Assembly: GCA_964016885.1 (NCBI GenBank)
Contig: OZ024741.1
Coordinates: forward strand, 81,592,001-81,656,000
Direction of reading: 5' to 3'
Length of the DNA: 64,000 nt
Source of the DNA: Eledone cirrhosa
Taxonomy: Eukaryota
The notes beneath the pieces are model-generated. The model did no database searches and had not been told where the DNA came from. It was given only the letters and a program-made list of their open reading frames with translations. Below are positions 14,065 to 31,756 of the stretch, in pieces (position 1 is the first letter of the stretch; every line of letters starts with the position of its first letter). A program made the translations under genes and the position numbers.

Positions 14065-14594
14065 ATTATTTCGTATTAGTTTCGGGACTCTGAATTATTA
14101 TTTCGTGGTAGTTTCTTTAGTATTTTGGCCCCCTACTTGTTTACCTGTCACTGTAAGATATACTCGGTTGATTACTCCTAACTCATAAAATTGTCCCACT
14201 ACAATTCCGTCCCACCTAGTAAACTTTTCTATAGTTTAGCAGTACCAGTGAGAGACTTGATGATTTTGGTTAGGGAATAGTAACCAGAAATAGTTTTTTA
14301 TATTTTTAACATTCTTGGTATTCTTCTATATATTTACTCCATATTTATTTACTTATTGTTTCGACTTCCTCCCCCTCCCTCTCTAGTATACTTGCTTGAC
14401 CTCCTGCCCTTAGGATCCTGCTGTAGTTGGCACTATCAACGCACGACTGGTTTCCTCCACCCCCTCTCCCTCTTTCTTCTACTGGCAGGTTCAGCTACTC
14501 CTTCCTTCCACAAATTGCCATGATAGAATTATGTGTCTCAGCAACAAACTTTTGACCAATCCTTGTGACAATCACTTTTACCATATATGGAATT

Positions 14595-14690
14595 ACCCCC
14601 TGAGAAGTTCGGCTATTCATATACCAGGATAAAACTTTTCATTTAGTCCAGAATTAGCCGTCGAAACGGCTTGAGCTCAGCCGTCGGGGT
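14595..14690 (+). ncRNA. Hammerhead ribozyme in the Naiad pLTR (long stem II, C3/A8 mismatch)
   Basis: acccc CTGAGAA g..cggctattc...gaattagccg tc GAAA cggct tgagctc agccg TC ggggt. Confidence 0.7.
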
Positions 14691-14846
14691 CCTACTCGTT
14701 ACTATTACCCACACTACTACCTTAAGTGTTGAGTAATTTGGTGCGTTATGGTCCACCTGGTTCCTTACCACATTTCCTTCGTTATATATATATATATATA
14801 TTAATTCAAAATATTAATAAATCTTGACATTCATGCGATCAAATAT

Positions 14847-14910
14847 ATTTTATTATATATATTTCAGAGGTACTGTGCTGTTTCCTCAGTACGTCCTCAT
14901 CAGATAAAAT
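14847..14910 (-). ncRNA. Type I hammerhead ribozyme, canonical core
   Basis: Minus strand: attttat CTGATGA ggacgtactg...cagtacctct GAA ATATATAT A ataaaat; same stem I as 3696-3753. Confidence 0.8.
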
Positions 14911-14983
14911 AAATTGATGTCTGACATACCTCAACTGTGCTGATGGTTCAATTCCAGTCTTGGCAGACTTGTTTAACTTTTGG

Positions 14984-15020
<37 letters not shown>

Positions 15021-15021
15021 T

Positions 15022-16162
<1,141 letters not shown>

Positions 16163-16264
16163 GCATATATATATATATGTGTATATATATTTATATATAT
16201 ATTATAAAGTGAAATTACAGGAGGCCAAAAATGTTGAATTTCCTTAATAATTTATTTTCTGCAA

Positions 16265-16322
16265 ACACTGTGCACATTTCAGTGGCCAGGTGGCGTAAGA
16301 ACTTGGTGACATCCTCAGGTGT
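16265..16322 (-). ncRNA. Decayed hammerhead motif
   Basis: acac CTGAGGA tgtca...tggccact GAAA tgtgca CA gtgt (U16.1 changed to C). Confidence 0.5.
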
Positions 16323-16672
16323 AAATTGCGTAATAGATGTATACCAACGGAATGATGGTAAACTTTAAGGAAACAAGTAAAGAAAAAAACAGAGAAGAAA
16401 AAAGTGTGTTTATACTTTTGACCCAGAGACGAACGAAGCAGCATGTTTTTATCAAGCGTCGCCGTCTCTGAGTCATATTACGTCATGGTTAACATTAAAG
16501 AAATTTAAATTTGTATATATATATATATATATAAACGCACATGATCACGTGATTTGCACGTGGTTAGCGTCAAGGATGTGGTAATGTCGGCATATGCTAG
16601 TAGCAGCGTGTGCCAGTGCAAGCATAAACCTTAGAATATTTGGTTTTGACCTCTCCCCCTCTCTCCCCCCCC

Positions 16673-16722
<50 letters not shown>

Positions 16723-16777
16723 GTGAGGTTTTTTTTACAAAATGAAAAATAACCGAGGTGTCCTACACGAGTGGAAG

Positions 16778-17072
16778 TATAAAGAAAAAGGGATGAAATC
16801 GAAAATGCAACTGAAGTCTTATTTTTTTTAAACATATATATATTTTTATTTGGTTCCTTTACCGGTTTCGCAGTTCTTCTGCTTTTCAAAAGGTGAGTTG
16901 AGATGGAGGGTCTGTGGTTTTTCTCACATGTGAGAAAAACCACAGACCCTCCATCTCAACTCACCTTTTGAAAAGCAGAAGAACTGCGAAACCGGTAAAG
17001 GAACCAAATAAAAATATATATATTTAAAAAAAAAATAAGACTTCAGTTGCATTTTCGATTTCATCCCTTTTT

Positions 17073-17079
<7 letters not shown>
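16778..17079. repeat. Near-perfect palindrome of about 300 bp with a U3-A8 hammerhead in each arm
   Basis: Centre cacatgtg (16925-16932). cctt TTGAAAA gcag aagaa ctgc GAAA ccgg TA aagg at 16964-17001(+) and 16856-16893(-). Confidence 0.92.
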
Positions 17080-17154
<75 letters not shown>

Positions 17155-17582
17155 AAAATATATATATATATATATATCAGTCTAAAATCTTTTCCTGGAT
17201 CCTGTATTTTCGTTGCTCTAGTGATGTGGCTGAACTGACCATCGCTATATTTGATTTGCTAAGCTGTCTAAACGTATTGTTATTGCTCTGGGGAACTTTT
17301 CCCCATCCGAGTGCTAAAGCTACAGACCGAATTTGCATTCGTTAGCTTGGCCGCGAACTGAAGCTTCGTTAATGCTGTACTAAAATTTATATATATATAT
17401 ATATAGTATAGATGATTCAGTGAATCCCTGATGGTGGTACCAAAACAAGCACATGAGAAAAAACGAGGAATTTTCGTTTGCATGTACAACATTGTTATTG
17501 TGTATCGATCTTTGAAACGCGCGTAACAGGTCGATAGATACGAAAACAAAATGTTATACATGTAAACAAAACTTCCTCGTTC

Positions 17583-17619
<37 letters not shown>

Positions 17620-17749
17620 TAAATCTACAAAGAGTTTACGGTAGCGTCCAATCCGTATGAAGAACTCAATGTAATCCGGATATCATGGAAAGAAGAGATG
17701 CATTCAAAAATCACTTTCGGTGAAAGATAAACGGAATACAGAGTCAAGA

Positions 17750-17914
17750 TAAAGTATTAAAAAAATAATGAATAAAACAATGAAACAGTTCCTTATATTA
17801 AACAAAAAAAGTTCATTATTTAACGATCCTAGAAACGATCGTTAAATAATGAACTTTTTTTTTTAATATAAGGAACTGTTTCATTGTTTTATTCATTATT
17901 TTTTTAATACTTTA
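17750..17914. repeat. Fold-back inverted repeat (about 78-bp arms, 8-nt loop) ending at (TA)n
   Basis: taaagtatt...ttatttaacgatc [ctagaaac] gatcgttaaataa...aatacttta. Confidence 0.9.
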
Positions 17915-17929
17915 TATATATATATATAT

Positions 17930-18629
<700 letters not shown>

Positions 18630-18686
18630 CATACATATATATGTATGCAACAGAGCAAACAACACGGACACTCTATCTCAAAATTA

Positions 18687-18723
18687 TTTTTGAAAAGCAT
18701 TTAGAAATGCGCAACCGGTAAAA
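18687..18723 (+). ncRNA. U3-A8 hammerhead relic (GAAA changed to GCAA)
   Basis: ttt TTGAAAA gcat ttagaa atgc GCAA ccgg TA aaa. Confidence 0.55.
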
Positions 18724-18927
18724 ACTTAAAAACTTAAAACCACAACTGAATACTAACCCATACAATCACTAATACTCTTTTATTCCTAATTAAACCATTT
18801 TTCAACTGTGAACAATTTGTCAGAATTTTCTATTCCGTTTACCAATATATGTACATATATATATATATAAACATTATATTTGGGAAACGTAAATAATATA
18901 AAGGAATATTTACCTATTTATTCAGTG

Positions 18928-18995
18928 TCCCTACTGCAGTTTCATTGAGCAAAACCCACCATTTAGTGGTGTGGAAATCTTAAATCGTCAGGGAA
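18928..18995 (-). ncRNA. Type I hammerhead ribozyme, canonical core
   Basis: ttcc CTGACGA [stem II with cacca/tggtg] GAA ACTGCAGT A ggga; palindromic stem III. Confidence 0.7.
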
Positions 18996-19248
18996 GATTT
19001 TCCAACTAGAAAGGATTCAACTTAGTTATCCAACTACAAGCAATGATTTCGAACGGGATAACTATCACGTGATCAGCGCCCTACAGAGAGCCTGTGGTAT
19101 GTGGACAATGCCGAGTAAAATGGCTGATGACTATGACAGTCTGACTCGGCCAAATTATTCTTTTCACCTTAGCGAATCAGGTCCCTTGCGATTTGAACAA
19201 TATATCTATATATCTGTGTTTGTTTTTTCTTTTTTTCTTTTATATTCT

Positions 19249-19289
<41 letters not shown>

Positions 19290-19344
19290 CGGCGATGAAT
19301 TAGTTTTGCGAGGTTTTTTATATGAAATCGTGTGTCGAAACAGA

Positions 19345-19708
19345 TATTGTTATATTTGGGGAGGGTCATATTTGCGTAATATTGCCAGAATTAATAACAG
19401 AACACACTCACTGTTTGGTTGGTTTTCGCTTCTCGCTGTCTTTTATATATATATATCTGCGATCTAACTTACTCGGTCCTCAATGTTGCCATTGACTGAC
19501 CGGCGGTCAAAAATAATACAGATACAATATAGACAAACACATATATATATAGTTTACATGTCAGTCAATGGCAACATTGAGGACCGAGTAAGTTAGATCG
19601 CAGATATATATATATAAAAGACAGCGAGAAGCGAAAACCAACCAAACAGTGAGTGTGTTCTGTTATTAATTCTGGCAATATTACGCAAATATGACCCTCC
19701 CCAAATAT

Positions 19709-19714
<6 letters not shown>
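19345..19714. repeat. Inverted repeat (about 155-bp arms, about 58-bp spacer), PLE pLTR-like
   Basis: 19345-19500 is the reverse complement of about 19559-19714; shares atattgttata.tt.gggagggtcat with the pLTR at 24345-24367. Confidence 0.88.
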
Positions 19715-19789
<75 letters not shown>

Positions 19790-19792
<3 letters not shown>

Positions 19793-20202
19793 CGTTTCTG
19801 AATTTGTTTAGCAAGATTCTTTATCTGAAATCGTGTGTTGAAACCGATATTGTTATACTTTGGGAGGGTCATGTTGCCAATAAGAAAAACACGCACCAGT
19901 TGCTTTCACTTCAATTTATTATATATTTATAAATTTATAAATTTACAAATCTACAAACTTATAAATTTCTGGTTGGTTGGTTGGTTCCACAACCAGATAG
20001 TTGTTTAAATATAGTCATAGTCCTTTCGTCACACACTCTGTGACCTCTTCAGTGACTGGGGATTCCTTTCTTTGTTTCTGTGCCTTTCCTTTCTTCTGTC
20101 CTACGCCATTTTGTTTCTGTGTGTGCTCAGTAAATTGAAGTGAAAGCAACTGGTGCGTGTGTTTCTTATTGGCAACATGACCCTCCCAAAGTATAACAAT
20201 AT
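19790..20202 (-). mobile_element. Solo pLTR of the 23340-24425 PLE family, with fold-back end and hammerhead at 20013-20057(-)
   Basis: Reverse match to about 24090-24425. 19847-19918 is inverted to 20131-20202. agtca CTGAAGA g gtcaca gagtg tgtgac GAAA ggac TA tgact. Confidence 0.85.
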
Positions 20203-22745
<2,543 letters not shown>

Positions 22746-23179
22746 TGTGTCTGTTGACACCTGAAATATAGCTTAAGAGAAACATGACAATAATGATAGG
22801 CACCCAATATTTGAACTGGTTTATAGAATTCTCTTGGCCTTTGTCACTCTAAGTAGAGCTTTAAAGAATTAGCTTTTAAAGAATTTCCATTTTCTTTATA
22901 TCCATCAACCATGCCGGACCCCCAACCATCTTATAGTCACCTGATATATAGGCATTGTTAGCTTAAGAGTAACTTAAAAATAACGACTGGCACCCCATTT
23001 TGAACTTGTTTATAGAATTCTTTCTGCCTTTGTCACTCTAAATATAAATTATAGCCTTAAAGAATTAGCTTTTAATGAATTCCCTTTTCTTTCAACCAAT
23101 GACCTCTACCCATCCCACTCCCCACCCTCTCCTACCACATGAAAATATATAAATACCACAACATTTATTGTGGACAGCC

Positions 23180-23230
23180 AGATTCCTGATGATTTCTAAA
23201 GAATGAAACAGTTCTAGTCCTGTAGAATCT
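23180..23230 (+). ncRNA. Type I hammerhead ribozyme, canonical core
   Basis: agattc CTGATGA tttc taaa gaat GAAA cag ttctagtc ctg TA gaatct. Confidence 0.85.
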
Positions 23231-23339
23231 CATCTATAATAAAACTTTTATACCATGCTATGTATCTCATCTATATTAAAACTTTTATACTCTGCTTAGT
23301 TTACAGATTATGCATTTCTTATGGGACCTTCCTCTTGTA

Positions 23340-24421
23340 TAGGAGCACATTTTGGAATAGAATAGAAAGAACTAGGAATAAGGTTAATAGAATAAACTCA
23401 TGGTATGATAGCAATAAATGCCAGAGTGTAATGTTCATCAATACAACCCCTAGAGGTGAATTAGCTTACAAATTTAGAAGAGCTCTAGATAAACATAAAC
23501 TTAATATTAAGATAGTAGAAAGACCAGGTACTCCCCCCCCAAAAAAAAACACTTATTAGCAATACATACCTTTTTCAAAGACTTCCCTGTATAGATAAGA
23601 AATGCATAATCTGTAAACTAAGCCCCCATATTAACTGTAAAACTAGAAATGTAGTATATAGCATAAGATGTACTGGAGGACAATGTAAAGATAAGAATAT
23701 AGTGTACATAGGTGAGACAGTTCGTAGTATAGGAGAACGGTTAAATGAACACTGGCGAGAACTTCAAGATAAAAAAGAATCATCAATACTCCACGAACAT
23801 GCTAAAATAGAACATAAGGGTAAATTAGAGAACATAGAAATAAAAATAGAATCTACACATAGAAAAGACGCAATGTTTAGACAAATCACAGAGGCAATAA
23901 ACATAAATGAACTCCAACCAAATTAAATAGAAAACGTCAATGGAATAGCAACATCACAACTTACAATTAAGGACAAAATGAAAACACACACACGCACAGA
24001 GCAAACAACCAACCAGTAACATGTAAATAAACAAATAAATAAACAAATAAAAACACACACAGACACCCGGATGTAACACATGCGCAAACTAAACACACAA
24101 CACACACAAAAACAAGATGGCGTAGGACAGAACAAAGCAGGGGCACAACACAAAGAAAAGAATCCCCAGTAACTGAAGAGGTCACAGAATGTGTGACTAA
24201 AGAACTTTGACAATATATGAACAACCGTCCGGTTATGGAACCAACCAACCAACCGGAAATTTATAAATTCTTAAATTTATAAATTTAATTTATAATAAAT
24301 TGGAGGGAAAGCAACTGGTGCGTGTGTTTCTTATTGGCAACATGACCCTCCCAAAGTATAACAATATCGGTTTCAAGACACGTTTTCAGATAAAGAATCT
24401 TACTAAACAAATTCAGAAACG

Positions 24422-24425
<4 letters not shown>
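23340..24425 (+). mobile_element. Penelope-like element 3' part (Neptune/Nematis-type): GIY-YIG pseudogene + pLTR
   Basis: VMFINTTPRGEL..KIVERPG, C..KCIIC, VVYSIRC...YIGETVRSIGERLNEH; decayed hammerhead at 24168-24212; ends at (TA)n. Confidence 0.85.
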
Positions 24426-24452
<27 letters not shown>

Positions 24453-24485
24453 TAAGTTATATTCATTTCTTAATCGTGTGTTTAA

Positions 24486-24563
<78 letters not shown>

Positions 24564-24593
24564 TCTCTATCTCTCACTCTCTCTCTATCTCTC

Positions 24594-24671
<78 letters not shown>

Positions 24672-24676
<5 letters not shown>

Positions 24677-25511
24677 AAAAATTGAACGGGAACAAAACAG
24701 AGAGGCAGTACGAACAAAGGTTTATTAGTTTCACGCTCTTGAGAGTGGGGTGGTGGTGGGGAACGACGTTTCGGGCATAAGCCCTTCTTCAGGTGAAAAG
24801 TGTGTGGGAAGAGAGTGCCAAGGGTGTGTAGGGGAGTGGTGGAGAGACATATAGCAAAAAGGGGGTGAGAGGAAACGGTGCAAATGAAATTAAAAATAAA
24901 GGCATGATCAAAATAAAATTAAAATGGAGTAAAACAGGTGGTGGAAGGGTGTGGGGCGTGTAGGGGTTGGACAGGGGAGAGGATGGGTAGGTGTGAAAGC
25001 TGGTGTGAGGAGGGGTGTTTGTGTATTAGTAGAGGTGTTAGTGGGATGTGTGTGTGTTTGAGAAAGGGTGTGGGTGGAGCGGGGAGAGAAGGGTGTGGGG
25101 GACGATGGAGGGAGTGTAGTGTACTGGTGTGTGTGTGCGTGTTTGGATGAGTGTGTGTGTGGTGAAGGGGGTGTTAGTGGGTGTTAGTATACTGGAGGTG
25201 GAGAAAGGGTTGAATGCGGGTGTGAGTGGGGGTCAGTGGTGGTAGGGTGTGTAGAGTGGGTGGTGTAAGAGGGTGTGTGTGTTCGTGTGCGTAGGTTTGG
25301 GGGGTGTTAGTGATGTTAGTTGCGTGTAGAGTGGGTGGTGTAAGTGGGTGTGTGTGTTCGTGTGCTTGGGGTCAGGGGGTGTTAGTGATGTTAGTTGCGG
25401 GGTGGTGGGGTGGATATGTGGGGGTGAGGGTTAGTGGTGGTAGTAGGGTGTGTGTTTAGTGTGAGCGCGTGTATATATGTACCGGTGGGTGTGCGCGTGT
25501 GATAAGGAGGA

Positions 25512-25512
<1 letters not shown>
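24672..25512 (-). mobile_element. pLTR-like cassette with C-rich low-complexity tract and hammerhead core at 24763-24798
   Basis: tttcac CTGAAGA agggc ttat gccc GAAA cGTC; the stem I partner gtgaaa is displaced by about 30 nt; (TA)n flanks. Confidence 0.5.
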
Positions 25513-25566
<54 letters not shown>

Positions 25567-26219
25567 AAAGCATAGCAAGCATAAATTTGAAATAATAATA
25601 AAAACAACCGGAGCGGGAGTTGTGTCATGTTGCTGATGAAAATAAAACAATTTTTTCTATTATAAGTGAAGGTTTTTTACTCATATTTCGTTCATATTCC
25701 TTTCTCTTTTATTTATCTTTATATTTAGATATAAATGTATTTATTTTGGGAAAGCATTTCATATTCCTAAAGTCGACAGAATATGTATATATGCATGTAT
25801 AAATGTATGACTGTATGAATGTATATAAACCGCTTACAACAGAAACGCAAGTTATTTTTATTAGATTTTGGGATTTGCATCATTACTTTAACAAACAATA
25901 AACGCCAGACTCATTTGATAAGTAAATAAAATAAATAAATAAATAAATAAATAAGTAAACGAATGAATAAATAAATATATGAATAAATAAACAGGAAAAA
26001 AATTGCCATTGCTTATATGAATACAGCAATATTATATAGATTTATCTGATAAAAATAATAATATGAAAATGTGTATTTATTTTTGATGTAACGTGTTACA
26101 GAAAATCGTTCCTCCTTGCTTAACGCGATAGAAAAAAACAAACAAAAAAAAAACGGCCATGACCAAGCACGTTGTTTAATTGAAATGTAAAACCTTCCGT
26201 ATCATCATAGTTGTTTTTA

Positions 26220-26780
26220 ATTTACGCAAGCACGTTCCCTCGAAGTCAACTTTACCTTTCATCATTCTGTTGTACCGGAGTTGATGTAATAAACTTCTCT
26301 GTCTCCCAAATTGCTAGCCTTGTTCCAATGCTAGAAGTAACTTAGGCAAGCAAAAGGCTAGCAGTTTATTGACCCCAGAAGACAAAGCTGACTTCGGCAG
26401 AATTTCAAGTCAGAATATAAAGAATTGGAACGACTGCCGCAAAACATTTTATTTGACAGTCTAACGATTCTGCCATAACACTACCCTTAAGCTGATAATA
26501 GTAGCAGTACACATACTCTACGCTACAGAACAGTCAGAAAACGTATACCAGAAACGTTTTTGTCAACCCACTGTCCTTTATATGAGTACTTGGGGAAGGA
26601 GCGGATTGCCGATTAAACCGACCCCAATACTTGATCGGTACACATATTATCGATCCCGGAAGGATGAAATATAAAGGTGACGACAGCGGGGTTTCAGGCC
26701 AGAATGTAAAGAGTCAGAACAAATACGGCAAAGAATTTTGTCCGACGTTCTAATGGATCTGTTAATTCACCTCCAACATA
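26220..26780. mobile_element. Cluster of decayed dominant-family SINEs
   Basis: Several degenerate copies of the ggatgaaaggcaaagt...gaactcagaa block. Confidence 0.6.
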
Positions 26781-27117
26781 GTTCTCAGGGAGATTCAAGG
26801 TGATACATTGGACACTTTAAATGTTGCCAGCTGTGTGGACTGGAGCAACGTGAAATGAATTGTCTTGCTCAGGACATAAGTCAACGCCAGGAAACGAACT
26901 TGCAGCTTTACAAACCTGAACCGAACAGCCTTACTAATCTACGTACCTTCACTTACATGTATGTATGTATGTATGTATGTATGTATGTATGTATGTATGT
27001 ATGTATGTATGTATGTATGTATGTATGCATGCATGCATGCATGTATGTATGTATGTATGTATGTATGTATGTATGTATGTATGTATGTATGTATGTATGT
27101 ATCTATGTATGTATGTA

Positions 27118-27687
27118 TAAGGATTCGTTGAAAGCTTCCTTGAAAGACGCTAACATCTCTGCTGATACATGGAAAAGAGTAGCTGTTGATCATAATAAAT
27201 AAAGAAAGACTGTACATGAGTGGAAAGTTGCTATTGAAGCACCTCGAATCGCATACGAGAAAGTAAAAAGAGATGTGAGGAAAGGCATTGCTGTTACATT
27301 TTCAGTCAGCAAAGGTCTTCCTATGGCACTGACATGCAGCGTCTGTGCAAGACTCTGCCTCAGCAAAGCTGGACTCAAAAGTAATCTTCACAGTCATAAA
27401 ATGAGACCAGTAGTTGACTACCAGGCTACTGTTGGAGATGCCACTGTCAAGCATGTGGAAAAGAGTGTCGATCAGCAGGAGGGCTCAAATGACATGCAAA
27501 AATACATGAAGACCAACCACAGCCGGCTATTGCCAGTGAATGTTTTTGTCATGTTTGCAACTCTGTGCAAGACATTTTAGATCATTGGCTGGGCTAAAAA
27601 GCCACATTTGATCGCAGCACCATTAATTATCAATATATATGTTTTTATCGTGTAATGACCATAATCGATAACGAGGGGGCAGCCATC
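27118..27687 (+). mobile_element. RTE-clade LINE 3' fragment in (TATG)n
   Basis: YKDSLKASLK...W....DHNK*R, then CSVCARLCLSKAGLKSNLHSH; (TATG)n on both sides. Confidence 0.78.
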
Positions 27688-27919
27688 ATGTATGTATGTA
27701 TGTATGTATGTATGTATGTATGTATGTATGTATGTGTGTATGTATGGACCTGTAACTCACAAGGGAGTCGTAGGGGCGCCGTATTGACATACGACGTTTC
27801 TAGGGGATTTATAAAACTGTCACAGCCCATCTCCTCTCCACGTCTGAATAAGCTGAATTCTTCTAGAGAAGGATAGAGAATGAGAGAATGGAAGCGAAAA
27901 AGAGATATAGCGGAAGAAT

Positions 27920-28390
27920 GGATCCCAGTACTAGACTGGTATTATTTTATCGAACTTAAATGGATAAAAGGTAGAGGTAACCTCGGCGAGATTTGAACTC
28001 AGTGAACAGAAAGCTCAGAACAAATGCTGCAAAGCATTCTATTTGATGCTCTAACGACTCTGCTAATTCGCTGCCCTACATTTATATATGTACAGTCCAG
28101 TAACTTCGTATGGAATGGTAACAGCGTCGTAGTGCCATATGACGTATCTTAGGCATACAAAAAACGGACAGAGCCCCTTCCACTCCAGGTTTGAACACAG
28201 CCGATTTCGTCTAGAGACGGGGAGTGACAGAGGACGAATATGCACCAGTATTCGTTTTTTTTTATCGAGATCGACAGGATGAAAGGCGAAAGTGACCTCG
28301 GCAGTACTTGAACTCAGAATGCAGTGAGGCGAAATGAATACTGCAAAGCATTCTATACCGATGGTCTCACGAGTCTGCTATTTCAACGCC
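27920..28390 (-). mobile_element. Two decayed dominant-family SINEs
   Basis: acctcggc.g.ttgaactcag blocks at about 27980 and 28295. Confidence 0.6.
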
Positions 28391-30755
28391 TATTTACATA
28401 CAGAAGTTACAGTAGCAATTAAGGAAAGAATCCACTCCCTCCTACTGTATACTCTTATTTGTTTGTTTAGCAGGCAATTAGATGTGGATATATACAAAGA
28501 AAAGAATTAAACAAGAGAATGTATGATGTTTAGTTGTGTATTAGTTTGGATCAAAGACACTGTTTAAAAAGAGATGCACATTGGAAATATTGTTTAACAA
28601 TCTCAATCATACTAATGCTGCTATTACAATTCGGAATAACCTGTAGAAATTTCGAACATTAGAATAATGTTCTTTTGATCTGCTGTATTTACCAAAATAT
28701 CTATACTTTTATTATTGTCAGACTCTTCGAAAGCTGACAACAAAATAGATTTATAATTTTGTTATTGTTTACATCAACGCACTGATTTGTCAATTGAAGT
28801 TAAAGTTGATTAATATTAAGATACGTGAAACGCAGCTTGGCTGAATAGTTAAGAATTTCGCTTTGCAATCATAACGTCTCTGGTTTGATCCCACCGTGTG
28901 GCATTTTGAACAAATACGATTTGGATCAAACCAAGCCTTCTGAGTGAAATTGGGTAGACGTAAACTGTTTTGAAGTCTATCGTACTATACTCCAATGGGC
29001 CAGCTTTGTCACATATTGTATCCCGCAGAATCACCTTGAAATTGTTAAACGTACTCGTGTCTGTGAAAGCCTCAGTCATATTAATTTACGGAACTGGCTG
29101 TTTCGTTAATCGCATAACTCGAAAGTGACGCAGGTCCATTCCAGTGTTAAGCCGCTGGAGATAACAGAAGATATTCTCTGGTTTAACTCAAGACACGCGA
29201 TATATGCCTTCTACCATATCGCCACGGCAAGGCCCAAACCATGTGAGTTTGGGATGATATGAAGTCCGCTTCTAATAGAAGATATTCCCGGATTCAATTT
29301 AATCAGGAGCTAACGTGAGTAAGCATCTTTTACCGTGTACTCATGTAAAGCCAGGTCATGGGAATGAAATTGAAAAATGAAATGAAAAATGAAACGAAAT
29401 TTACAGCTTATACCTATTTATTTAGGTTTAGCTGGCCTTCTACAAGGCCACATCTAATAAGAGGTTTCTTGAGGGCTTTAATGAAAAGCAACTGAAACTA
29501 GGGTCATGCTCAAGAGCACAACGTGCCGTTCAATCCATGAATCGAACGTGTCCAACACTCTAAGTGCAAGAAATAGGCTTCAGAAAACTGCGTGGCAGCC
29601 CCTATCGACTCTATTGTAAGTTTTCGGATTAGGTGTTCGGTTTGAGGATAGGAAACTCAACATTGTTATGATTTGTATCAGGCCATAACAACACCCAATA
29701 TGTTATAGTTCCTTCCTTTAAGGTGCTAATCGACTCACTGGATCCCCCAAACTATGTTTCTATTGGTCTTCTATTATTGAAATTATCTGACAGTCAGAAC
29801 CCTTAGCAGAGGTGTCACTGCTTTCGTCGAACAGATAGCGCAAAATCTCTCCCCCCTCTTTATCAATCCTGCCAATCCACGGCACATGAACTCGTACAAA
29901 ATACAAAATTTAAATACAAAATTCACTCCGGATGAATTTGAACTCAGAAAGCTGAATCACATGCTGAAGCAATTATCCGACATTTTGCCAATTGGATTGC
30001 TTATATAAAATAAGCCATAAAAAATCTAAAAAAAAAATAACATTAAATATCCAGAAAATTCATATATCTAATATTGCTTCTGTAGCTAACGGAATGGCGT
30101 AAATGGGCCTCCATCGATTTCGAAGATAAGTGTTCTATTTATTCGATCAATGAAAGAAACTGCTCAAGAAATTAATGTGCAGGTTGCAGTGACTTCCGTA
30201 GACATGTGTACCTTTAATGCAGCTCCCAAGAAGATTCAGCGTTGCAGTGTTTATGATGAGATTGGCCCTTTGAATTACAGGAACAATTCATCTGACAGGC
30301 TTCAAAACAGTTCCTGTCTACCCAATTTCACTCACAGGGCCTTGGGTTGACCCGAAGCTAAGCACATGGCATTTGTTAAAAATGTCACGCAATCGGATCT
30401 ATCCCGGGCTCCTAGAATTGCGAAGCGAATATTTTAACCTATGTAGCACCCATTGTAGTTACCAAACGGTCGCAAAACAGTCATTAACTCATATTTATTT
30501 ATTTATCCATTTATTTATTTATCTATTTATTTGTTTCCTTATTTATTTGCTTACTTATTTACTAACCATTTATTTATATTTTATTTATCTATTTTATTTT
30601 TAATTGGTTTATTTTCTCGTCTTATCAGTTTTGTCGTGTTCTAACACCGTACGTAAAATTGAACTTAAATTTATGAAGTTAATATCAGCGTAAACATAGT
30701 AATCTAACAGGAATGTAGAATGTCACATTAATTCACGAAGTTCATTTTATGTATA

Positions 30756-30895
<140 letters not shown>

Positions 30896-30896
30896 C

Positions 30897-30935
<39 letters not shown>

Positions 30936-30965
30936 CATATATATGTACATACATATATATATATA

Positions 30966-31061
<96 letters not shown>

Positions 31062-31301
31062 CAATTCTATCTACTTTATTAATTAATTTCCAATTACGAG
31101 TTAATCAGCGTACTTCATCAGCGGAGTTAGATATTCACACTTCTGTAAAATTGTAAAATTAACTCAGATGTCTTTAATATGTTCGATAAAAAAATAAAAT
31201 GCACACATACACACACATATATATACATGTATATATGTATATGTACATATGTACATATGTATATGTATGCATGTATGTATGAATGTATGTATGCATGTAT
31301 G

Positions 31302-31377
<76 letters not shown>

Positions 31378-31756
31378 TCAATTCAATTTCTTTTATAGTC
31401 TCATTATCACCTGCTAGATATGTGGACTCATCATTCTTCCCCTCTCTCTCTCTTTCTCTCTCACCCACTTTCTTTCATGCTCCTTTCTCTGAACGTTAAG
31501 AAGTGTTGAAAATTATTGCAAATAGTTTATGTGTGTGTGTATATATATATACATATATATACATATACATTTACACACACACACACACATACACACACAC
31601 ACATATATACATATATTTATGATTGGAAATATATTTTTCGAGTTATGTCACATGTTATATCACTTGTTATATCTCGTGTCATACCTCGTGCTAAACTACG
31701 TGTTATACTAAGGAAATTACATAACCAAGCCACATTCCTCGAGTTCGGCCACGCAA

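Larger units (their letters stand above)
12629..14783 (+). mobile_element. Naiad-type Penelope-like element, 5'-truncated, with terminal hairpin and 3' pLTR
   Basis: 27-bp inverted repeat at 12629-12685, GIY-YIG ORF, hammerhead near the 3' end, ends at (TA)n. Confidence 0.8.

Noticed and set aside
16214-16365. Host exon on the minus strand (pyrimidine tract + AG, short open frame)
   Set aside because: No recognisable protein or donor site; the region is better explained as a hammerhead-bearing cassette between (TA)n tracts
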